A DNA stretch of 64,000 nucleotides, taken from the NCBI GenBank assembly GCA_002269645.1, contig NIVC01000567.1, forward strand, positions 470,737 to 534,736, read 5' to 3'. Position numbers and translations under genes: made by a program. This document shows, in pieces, positions 1 through 22,313 of this stretch; the first letter of the stretch is position 1; every line of letters starts with the position of its first letter. The stretch is from Macrostomum lignano (taxonomy: Eukaryota). The notes below the pieces were generated by a model. It searched no databases. It saw only the letters and a program-made list of their open reading frames with translations, and had not been told where the DNA came from.

Positions 1-379
1 GACAGGAATCTATGAGCGTATTTACCGGTTACACCTGGTAATTCAAACATTCCCATTGATCTACCAGCAACACCAATAGAAACTTTTACTGTCGCTTCCC
101 AAATGTCAATAAAATCCACTATATATTTTCATCTAAAAGCATTCTACTCAGGTTGTGGTTCAGCCTTCAGACCAGGAAATACGAGATGTTCAAAGCAGAA
201 AACTCAGAAGACTCATGCAGCTCACTCCATGCGTGTGTGTTTTTACAGCGTTGAGACTTCTCTCCTCATCTCTTACCAGCCCATCAGTTCAGGTCCACAG
301 CGGGTTTTTGGGGGAACCAATGTACAAAAAGTCTGGATAATTGACAAGGCTATAGCTGGGATAGGCGACTCTCACGCGC

Positions 380-393
380 GTTGCCATGGCAAC
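380..393. promoter_or_regulatory. RFX X-box palindrome GTTGCCATGGCAAC
   Basis: Perfect 14-bp palindrome matching the RFX consensus. Confidence 0.55.
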
Positions 394-641
394 CCAGCCT
401 TCCAGTCAGAGAAGAAGAGAAAGAGGGGGAACAGGGGGCAGCTGCAGAGAAATAGGTAAGTACAGTATTCATCGATAGAGATAGATCCCAAAAAAATCTT
501 GCCTCTGCGCCCATTCCTGCTAACTCCTAAACCAACACTTGGCGAAATTTATTGCCTGTATCAATTTGCAGCGGTTAATTATGCTTTTTTTTCTAATCAA
601 TAATCAAATATGGTGAATGGGGATAGATGATGGCGATGGCT

Positions 642-1846
<1,205 letters not shown>

Positions 1847-1887
1847 TATCCATTCAACCTATCTAACTAGAAAAATATGAAACTTAC

Positions 1888-11639
<9,752 letters not shown>

Positions 11640-13171
11640 CGTAATTTTACTGACAGATTTTTTGGCTGAAAAAGTAATAAGCGATGTTCTTGAAGCATTG
11701 ATGGTGATCATGCAGCGATTAACTAATGCTTGTCTTAGAAAAAAGTCATGTAATGACTGACTGATGTCGTTATATGTAGAGTTATAATCTTATTATGAAA
11801 AGAAGTAACACTCTACGTTATGTAGTCGAGAGTCGAGACTTAGAGATTAGTCTACGAAATAAACGTTTCGTACAATGTCAGATAATTAGTACATTTGTTT
11901 GTAAAGACAAAAAACTTTTAAACTTACCACAAAGTGTATTTATTGCTTCTACCAACAAAACTATACTTGACCCGAGCTCATAAAAGTTATTTTACTGAGC
12001 ACTATAATGATAAACCTGTGTCAAATCATATGACCATATAGTCATAAAATATTCTGAAACGTAGAGACTAAATTCGTGCATCAACCTTTTTAGCATTTGT
12101 GTTAAATTTTGCTGTAATTGTACAATAAAACAGTTAAAATTTCTTAAAGTTTTAAAATAAGTTATATAAAAAGATTAATTTTACTGAAAAACATCGTCAA
12201 CAAAATTTTGTTTCTCTGCGTCAGTTTTCATTTTGAGTCAGTAGCAATTTTAAACGCGGTCTTTTGGACCCATTTTTAGAAAGTCTACCAACTGAATGAG
12301 AGCTTATTCATTCGGCACCGGCGTGCTGGATATTCTATAGGAAGTAGAAAATGTATTTTTCGCCTAGTTATTTTGCTTTAGAAATTGTAAAAGCTCTCAA
12401 TATGCGCTATTTTCATCAAAATCATAGCCTCGATTCAGCTAATTTTGATCTAATCATGTCCATTCCATACCGAACACTTCAATGAACACTTCACAGAAAT
12501 TTTCTAAAATTGTTACTTAAAACAGTTTTTGGGGGGTTAGATAACCGCTTACTTGTATTTCATGCAATAATGCGAGAAATGTATATAAATGAAACAATTA
12601 TCTTTCTGATTGTAACTTGTAACTTGTAAGTATTGTGTTCAAGTAAAAGTATTGCCTTCTTGAGGCAATTTATTTAAATGCTACTTTCCTAACTTTCGTT
12701 GGTTTATATTATCATGTCTTTAGCTAAGGCTAAAAAATCACATGCACATATTTTTTCTAAAGTTGAAGAAACGCAAGTTATATATGAATTTTTAGTTTAT
12801 CATCAATATCTAAGTATTTTGAAAATATCACCTGTGTGAAAAGAAACATATCTTTTAATTGTTGCAATTTTTACTTTCAAAACTTTTAGATACTTTATTG
12901 CATGTCAACTACTACGATTTTGATTTAATTAAGTTTACTGGACCTTGTGAAGCTGTGATATATAGAAAGCCACAATTTTCTCTTACACAAATGAATTACA
13001 TAATAATTTGTGTCTATAATTTGAATATAATTTGAAATCCTAATTGGCTAGATTGAAAATTTTATAGAAAAAACGAACTATTAACATTTAAACTAGAGAG
13101 GATCTATATATTTTTTCTGAAATAAAAATTAAATCATCCATTTTATTGCATGTAGAAAATATCCGACACTC

Positions 13172-16100
13172 ATGTCCACTGCAACAACCGACACAACCCA
13201 GACGCCGAAGACTCGCGTCCTTAGCAACCGCTACCGCGTGGTTCGCCAAATTGGCAAAGGCGCTTTCGGCACGGTGCACCTTGTTGAAGATTTGCGCAGC
13301 TCGGAAGAGAAATTCAAAGTGCTGAAAGAAGTTCAAATTGGTGAAGTTGACCCGGATGAAACTCTGGAAGTTGTGCACGAGGCCAAGCTGCTTGGAAAGC
13401 TTGATCACTCAGCTATTCTGAAGTTTTACAATTGTTTTATGGGTAGGTTGGCTCATTAAGTATTTGTTTTCCTTTAAAAACAACTTTTCCCTGAAAAAAG
13501 ATTGGGATTCCTCGTGGCAGTAAATTTTACAAACCGGTGGCCTTGAAATCGGGATTCCCGTTGAGCAATCTTTTAAATAGGATTTCCTCGCCATTCAGTA
13601 GCATGGAAAGTGAGATTTTTCATTTGATGACATTATGGGTGGACTTTTCCATTAAGTGACCTTGAAAGTGAGGATTCCCTTTTGAGTGAAATTAAAAGTA
13701 GCTAAGGATGGATTTTCGCTGTGTCCCTGAAAGTACGAGCCAGGATTTCCCGCTAAGTGACCTTGAAAGTACGATTTTCCGTCGAGCGACCTTGGAATCA
13801 GGAATTCCGTTGCGCGACCTTAAAAGTAGGATTCCCCGTTGAGCGACCTTGAAAGTAAAGGCTTTCCAGTAAAGTGACCTTGAAAGTAAAATTTTCCGGT
13901 AACCGACCTTGAAAGAATATAGGATTTCCTATTAAGCGACCTTGAAAGTATAGGATGGTTTTCACTTGAGTGACCTTGAAAGAAATTTCCGCTTAATACG
14001 TTGAAAATGATTCCGCGTTAAGTGACCTTGAAAGTAGAATTTGACTGTCCACTTGTGGCCTCCGATTTTTATTGATGCTTTTTTCGCCAAAAACAACACA
14101 GAACCGCCGTCGTTTTGCATCGTGACCGAGTACTGCGACGAAGGCGACCTGGACCAGTGCATCAGCCGTCTAAAGCAGGCAGGACACAACCTACCGGTGC
14201 AAACCACCATCCGATGGTTCATTCAAATCCTACTAGGCGTTGACTATTTGCACGGTCGACGGATTTTGCACAGAGATTTGAAAACTAAAAACATATTTTT
14301 GAAAAGTGGTACAGTGAAAATTGGCGACTTTGGTATCTCAAGGGTGCTGATGAGCAACTCCGATATGGCGTCAACTTTTCTTGGCACGCCGTACTTTATG
14401 AGTCCGGAACTGCTCAAACATGAGGGTGAGCTGGGGAGGTCTGCGGCATGCCATCTACTTCCCCATTCATTCTCTATTCTACCTCTATTCTTTCTCTATT
14501 CTCACTCCCTTCATTCTCTATTCCCACCTCCCTTCATTCTCTATTCTCACCTCCATTCATTCTCTATTCTCACCTCCATTCATTCTCTATTCTCACCGTT
14601 ATTCATTTTCTATTCTCACCCCCATTCATTCTCTATTCTCACTCCCATTCATTCTCTATTCTCACTCCCATTCATTCTCTATTCTCACTCCCATTCATTC
14701 TCTATTCTCACTCCCATTCATTCTCTTTTCTCACCTCCACTAATTCTCTATTCTCACTCCCATTTATTCGCTATTCTCACCCCCACTAATTCTCTATTCT
14801 CACTCCCATTCATTCTCTTTTCTCACCTCCACTAATTCTCTATTCCCACCAGTGTTGGGCAAGTTACTCAAAAAAAGTAACTTGCGTTACTGTAACTTAA
14901 GTTACCACTTTTTAAAAAGTAACTTACGTTAGCCTAGTAACTTTGAACAAAAACCCGGTAACTTTTAAGTTACTTCCGTTACTTACTTCCGTTACCTATG
15001 TTATTAACAAAATTTTCTGCTTTTTTTAACATTGCAAATGTGATGGAACAGCACAAATGATCGCGAAAGCCAGGAGGAAGAATACAACAACATTAATTTC
15101 AGTAACTGTATTAAATTTTAATCACTTTAGGCCCTTTCCGTAAAAAGAAGAGAAGCTGAAGGTCAGAAACGTTAAAGGCAAAACGCAATTTAATTTTTAA
15201 TAACATTATAAGTTATAATACACAAGGACAACTTAACGTAACTTCAGTTGTCCTTGATAATACATCGCTCGTAATAAGTATCTGGCTTTACTCCACTCTA
15301 CAGTCTGCTTTACTAGTATTTTTATTTATTTTCAATTATTATCATTAATATTAAATTATTGTGCAGTGCAGTGCAGTGCCAGTGGACTTTAGTGGTGTAG
15401 CCAGGGAGGCCGCCTTAACAATCGTTGGGGCGGCAACTTCACCCCACCTGCAAGACACCCCACCTGGGGGGGTGGGGTTGGGCGTGGCGGGTACCAAAAA
15501 CCATGAGGCGATTTGAGTGCCTGCGGCGCTTAAATGAGTGCCTGCGGCGCTTAAATAAGTGCTTGCGGCGCTAAAATGAGTGCCTGCGGCGCTAAAAGTG
15601 GCAATAACATGAGGCATGGCCAGCCAGGCCAACCCGCCCCCCCCCAATTAAAATTCCTGGCTACGTCGATCACTGAGTGGATTTGTGGAGACTACAGATG
15701 AATTTCTTTCTTTGGTTGTTTGTTTCTAAGAACTAAACAAAATATTTTTATTAACTTAAAAACGAAAAGCAAAAATATTTTACCGAAAATAACAAAGTAA
15801 AAACATGTTTCAAGTATTTCTTTATTAATTACAGCGTAATACCGTATGATATTATTCACTTAGTTTTGAATTTAGGAATGAAAAATGCTAAAAATGTGAC
15901 AACTGGCGTAATAGCTAAGCATATCAGTTTTAAATTTAAATATTGCGATTGTTGCAAAGTAACTGTAACGGACTTCCGAAATTTGAGTAACTTACCGTTA
16001 CTCCGTTACCAAAATAGGAAAGTAACTTGCGTAAGGAACGCTTTACGAAAAAGTAACTTGCGTTACCATTTACAAGTTACTCGGTAACGGAAGTGCCCAA

Positions 16101-19100
16101 CACTGATTCCCACTCCCATTTATTCTCTATTCTCACCGTTATTCATTTTCTATTCTCACCCCCATTCATTCTCTATTCTCACTCCCATTCATTCTCTATT
16201 CTCACTCCCATTCATTCTCTATTCTCACTCCCATTCATTCTCTTTTCTCACCTCCACTAGTTCTCTATTCCCACTCCCATTTATTCTCTATTCTCACCCC
16301 CACTAATTCTCTATTCTCACTCCCATTCATTCTCTATTTCCACCTCCATTAATTCTCTATTCTCACCCCATTCATTCTCTATTTCCACCTCCATTAATTC
16401 TCTATTCTCACCCCATTCATTCTCTTTTCTCACCTCCATTCATTCTCTATTCCCACTCCCATTCATTCTCTATTCTGACTCCCATTCATTCTCTATTTCC
16501 ACCTCCATTAATTCTCTATTCTCACCCCATTCATTCTCTTTTCTCACCTCCATTCATTCTCTATTCTCACTCCCATTCATTCTCTATTTCCACCTCCATT
16601 AATTCTCTATTCTCACCCCATTCATTCTCTTTTCTCACCTCCATTCATTCTCTATTCTCACTCCCATTCATTCTCTATTTCCACCTCCATTAATTCTCTA
16701 TTCTCACCCCATTCATTCTCTTTTCTCACCTCCATTCATTCTCTATTCTCACTCCCATTCATTCTCTATTTCCACCTCCATTAATTCTCTATTCTCACCC
16801 CATTCATTCTCTATTTCCACCTCCATTAATTCTCTATTCTCACCCCATTCATTCTCTTTTCTCACCTCCATTCATTCTCTATTCCCACTCCCATTCATTC
16901 TCTATTCTCACTCCCATTCATTCTCTATTTCCACCTCCATTAATTCTCTATTCTCACCCCATTCATTCTCTTTTCTCACCTCCATTCATTCTCTATTCTC
17001 ACTCCCATTCATTCTCTATTTCCACCTCCATTAATTCTCTATTCTCACCCCATTCATTCTCTTTTCTCACCTCCATTCATTCTCTATTCTCACTCCCATT
17101 CATTCTCTATTTCCACCTCCATTAATTCTCTATTCTCACCCCATTCATTCTCTTTTCTCACCTCCATTCATTCTCTATTCTCACTCCCATTCATTCTCTA
17201 TTTCCACCTCCATTAATTCTCTATTCTCACCCCATTCATTCTCTTTTCTCACCCCATTCATTCTCTATTCTCACTCCCATTCATTCTCTTTTCTCACCTC
17301 CACTAATTCACTATTCCCACTCCCATTTATTCTCTATTCTCACCCCCACTAATTCTCTATTCTCACTCCCATTCATTCTATTCTCACCTCCATTCATTCT
17401 CTATTCTCACCTCTATTCATTCTCTATTCTCACCTCTATTCATTCTCTATTCTCACCTCTATTCATTCTTTTTTCTCACCTCCATTCATTCTCTCTTCTC
17501 ATCCCATTCATTCTCTATTCTCACTCCCATTCATTCTCTACTCTCACCCAAATTCATTCTCTATTCCCACCCGCCCCGACCTGTTCCAGGCTACAACGCC
17601 AAAAGCGACATTTGGAGTGTCGGCTGCATTCTATACGAGATGTGCGCCCTGGAGCACGCATTCAAAGGCGCTGGTCTGATGGGGATTCTATTCAGCATCT
17701 GTGGCAACCCCTGCCCGGTGATCCCAGACCGCTACCCTCCCGAGCTGCAGGCGGTTCTGGAGAAGATGCTAGCCAAAGATCCGCAGGACAGACTCAGCGC
17801 CAGAGAGGTGCTCAAAGAGCCGTTCGTACGCGAGCAGATGCAGAGCCTGCGCGAGGCTGTTGAGTCTCAGAGCGGCGGCAACCGGCAGCAGCAGCTGCTG
17901 ATGGAGGAGACAATTAACGAAGCCGCAAGCAAAAACCTACTATCCGTGCTGCAGGAGAAACCAACGCTCAACAGTCTGGAGTTCGAATCCCGAGCGATGG
18001 CGGCGGCCGCAGCGGCTGCCGCTGAAGTCACTCTGAAGCCCAACAGCGACACGGTCCGGCAGAAGGTCAAGGGACCCGGCCAGGCCGGTGGAGACTTCAA
18101 TGCCCTCAGCCCGCACCAGAAGATGCTGTTGCGAAAGCAACGCGAGGCAGACGACCGCGCCAGAGAGCTGGCCACACAGGCCGCCGAGACGAGCCGTAGA
18201 AACGCCGAGCTGGCTAAGAAGTTCGGCAATCGGACTTTTCGACCGAGCGGCAGCGAAGGCAGAACGGCGTTTCCTCAGCCGCAAGACGACCTGCCAGTGC
18301 GGAACCAACGCTTCTTGGAGGAGCAGCAGCAGCAGAGGCAACAGCAGAAGCACACCGCTTGGGAGTCGCATGACTACGAGCCTCGCCACAATGAAGGTCG
18401 CCGAGATTCTGAAGAAGACTATTACGGCAATGACGGGGATGACAGCGACGAGGAAGACGATCTGGTGCCTGCCAGTCTGGCTCGACGGCAGCCGACTCGG
18501 CCAACTGCCGTGGCTTCAAGCAGAGACGAGCGGCCCATCACGCCGATGAAAATTGACCTCTATCAGCAGATGAATCGGGCTGGCAGTTTTAAAGAGGCCG
18601 CCATGGAGAATGAAGAGCTGGCTGACACCTACTATCAGGTGCTGGACTAATTTTGATTTTAGTCACTTTATATAGCATAGCATAGAATAGCATAGAACTT
18701 TATAGCGTAGAATTATTGGTGATAAGTCATAGAGATATGAAATCGACACTCCCCCAAAATTTTTAGAAAATCGGCAGAAAATTTTCGATAGTTTCCAAAT
18801 ATGTACAGGACCTGTCGCGACTGTCTTAGTCATTTTTTAGTTCATCTGCACTTGTCTCTGTTTACTCTGTTTTCTCTCCGTATCTGTCTGGTTCAGTCTT
18901 GTTATTTTTCTCTCTCTCTATCCCTCGCTGCCTTCTGATTGGCTCTTCAATCTCGCCTCCTTGTCTTATCTACAAAGGGGGGGTGGAGTGCGCGATTGAG
19001 GAAAGAGACGAGATTGAAGAGCCAATCAGAAGGCAGCGAGGGATAGAGAGAAAAAATAACAAGACTGAACTAGATAACAGAGAGGGAGAGATAACAGAGT

Positions 19101-20111
19101 AAGCAGAAACAAATGCATATGAACTAAGAAATGACTAAGAAAGTCGATTAGATAGCAATAACAAGATTAAACTGGGCAGAGAGGGAGAGGGATAAGAAAA
19201 GGAGGGGTGGAGTGCGCGATTAAGGAAAGAGGCGAGATTGAAGAGCCAATCAGAAGGCAGCGAGAGAGAGAGAGAGAGATAAGAATAACAAGACTGACTG
19301 AGAGGAAGAGAAACCTGGGTAAGCAGAGACGAGGTCAGATGAACTGAAGAGATGACTAAGCAAGTCGCGACTGAACTTTTCAAACCATTCTGACAAAAAA
19401 TTCAAACAAATCAAAAGAAACTGATGTCATTTAATAGTGTCAAATTTCAAAACAAAATGACATTTAATTTTTTTATCTAATCGGCAATGAAAAAGTAAAA
19501 AAAAATTCTTACATCTACATCTTTTACATTTACATTTCATTTCATTTCATTTACATCTTTTACATGAGGTTATACATGTAGCTACATTCAGGTCTACCTG
19601 GTTTCAGGATGGAAAATTGATGAGTGTACACTTTCGACAATGTAACTAGTCCACAAACATTGATTGCGAACCGCCTCCATTGTCCCAAAAACAGGCCATG
19701 GCCGATTTCGAAGACGACTTCGACGACTACGAAGACGACGACGAAGACGACGTCCAGGTGACGCTGAAATTCGCTAAGGAGCTGGACGGTGCACTCGGCA
19801 GCGGTGGCCTCGGCGGCACCCGCGGCGGCCGGCTTGAAAGAACCTTCGAGAACCGGACAGACGTCGCCACCGAGCGGGTGTTTGGCCGGGAGGGTCGGGA
19901 GACGATGCTGCAGAAGCTGCGGGATCAGTGCCGGCATGCCGCTGAGCTCAACGGCTTCAGCTACGATGAGGTGTACAGCTTCCTCAAAAAGAATTTGGAC
20001 GCGTCCTACTCGGTGAAGTCGCAGGGTCTGCAGAGACTCACTGGCAATCAGATGTCGGCTGCGTTTCCTTTTGAGCAGCTGGTGTTTCTGGAGTCTGTTG
20101 ACTCCGCGTGA
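13172..20111 (+). CDS. NEK11: NIMA-related Ser/Thr kinase NEK11-like, complete (686 aa)
   Basis: Exons 13172-13442, 14102-14425, 17590-18638, 19695-20111 with consistent phases (1,1,0). Motifs GKGAFG, KVLKEVQIGEVDPDET, WFIQILLGVDYLH, HRDLKTKN, KIGDFGISR, GTPYFMSPE, KHEGYNAKSDIW and CALEHAF closely match recalled NEK11. Acidic/low-complexity C-terminus. The last splice (18638/19695) is less certain. Confidence 0.88.
13485..14040. repeat. Degenerate ~28-bp repeat (aagtgaccttgaaagtaggattttcc) in NEK11 intron 1
   Basis: gaccttgaaagt core recurs more than 10 times. Confidence 0.8.
14850..16105. mobile_element. Non-autonomous hAT-like DNA transposon (1256 bp) in NEK11 intron 2
   Basis: 12-bp TIRs CAGTGTTGGGCA (14850) / TGCCCAACACTG (16105); perfect 8-bp TSD ATTCCCAC at 14842-14849 and 16106-16113; many subterminal GTAAC/GTTAC motifs; no transposase ORF. 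Confidence 0.9.
15390..15675. mobile_element. Small MITE nested inside the hAT element
   Basis: Ends TAGTGGTGTAGCCAGG / CCTGGCTACGTCGATCACTG (degenerate TIRs); flanks agtggactt / agtggattt (8 of 9 identical); internal 4x gagtgcctgcggcgct repeat. Confidence 0.6.
18810..19375. repeat. Foldback/inverted repeat with a duplicated right arm (MITE-like) in NEK11 intron 3
   Basis: Left arm 18891-18955 is the near-perfect reverse complement of 19009-19070 (cgagattgaagagccaatcagaaggcagcgag...). Looser pairing extends to about 18810/19145, and a further direct copy lies at 19200-19375. Confidence 0.8.
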
Positions 20112-20261
20112 GAGCATAACTGCGGGCTTGTGCTGACAGCATAACTGCGAGTCTTCTGCTGCCGCATCCATCACTGCTGGGCTGTGCGGCTCTTCGCTGC
20201 CTGCCGCTTCATGTTTGATAATGTACTCATTTTGTTAATCTGCTTTTAGTTTCAGTTCTGA

Positions 20262-21305
<1,044 letters not shown>

Positions 21306-22313
21306 AATCAGTCGCCTTCAACCGGAGTCTTCATTCCTCTCTGTGACTTGAAATTTGCTCCGACAGCACAGAACCAGTTTTCTTACTGTTTTTGTGTGTC
21401 TCCAAGGATTTCAGAATACTAGCTGTTTCACAATTTCCTTTCATTGGCACCAACTTTTTTATTGTTTTTAGCAAGCAATCAGTTCACATGCTGATAGTAG
21501 TGTAAATTGTGTTTGTTTTAATATTTGATATGTATCGAAAGTTGATTAGCCAGTTAGACGGACAACACAGATAATCCCGATATTAAACCGTTTGATGTGA
21601 CTCTGAACATTATCACAAAGACTGTTTTGTTTTGTTATAGCAATGGTCTCCAGTGTCAAGTTTTAAGTGCAGTTTATTCTGCGACGCCATCTATATCTAT
21701 ATTTACCAGAATGAGATAAGTTAAAAGTGCACTGAACTGCCGTTAACTGTGTGTAATAATTTTGAATATAATTTGCAAAGGAATCAACCATTTTTCCATT
21801 GCTACTTGTCAAACTCAAGTTTTCGATTTGAACGCATTCATAAAAGTGTTATAAATATAACAAAATCGTCATCTTTTCGGTCCAAAAAGTCGTTCGACTG
21901 TAAATTATTGAAACTCATTAAAGAGACCTAAAATATAGGCAAATTTACTTATTTACCTTTGTGAAGTGTAAATTTGTTTTTGATTGATTAAGCAGTGAAC
22001 CAAAAAAGTGTCTGTGGGGCTAAAGTTAGAATTAAAATTAAATTAAATTAAAGTACAGGTAAGCAGATGAAAAACAATTAAAGCCTGAATGTTACGCATT
22101 GGGTCATACGTTTTTTTAAATTTCACTGCCAGAGCTCTTCCGATCTACCAGTATGTACAATTGTACATGTATGTATGTATATGTACCTGCTACTTAAACT
22201 GCTTATACTAACTACCTAATAAATCGTACAATTTTTATAGTATCAACAGAAAAAATGTGATAAATTACCAGCATATGTCTGTGTTAGCGAGCGACAGCCC
22301 ATCGCTCTCGCAG

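Larger units (their letters stand above)
14460..17570. repeat. 22-23-bp pyrimidine-rich minisatellite (cccattcattctctattctcact), split by the hAT insertion
   Basis: Arrays at 14460-14849 and 16106-17570. Confidence 0.95.

Noticed and set aside
18639-18650. NEK11 ending at TAA 18648-18650
   Set aside because: A phase-0 donor at 18639 matches a phase-0 acceptor at 19694 leading to a coding-like terminal exon; read-through remains a possible minor isoform.
17867-20174. Antisense ORFs over NEK11, ATP10 and kinase exons (e.g. 17867-18229, 17940-18389, 19560-20174, 43356-43814)
   Set aside because: Shadow ORFs of GC-rich coding exons with no recognisable motifs.
22285-22313. Hairpin (gagcga...tcgctc) followed by CTAA after the copy 1 stop as a Helitron 3' end
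   Set aside because: Spacing to CTRR is non-canonical and the structure is not conserved in copy 2; insufficient evidence.
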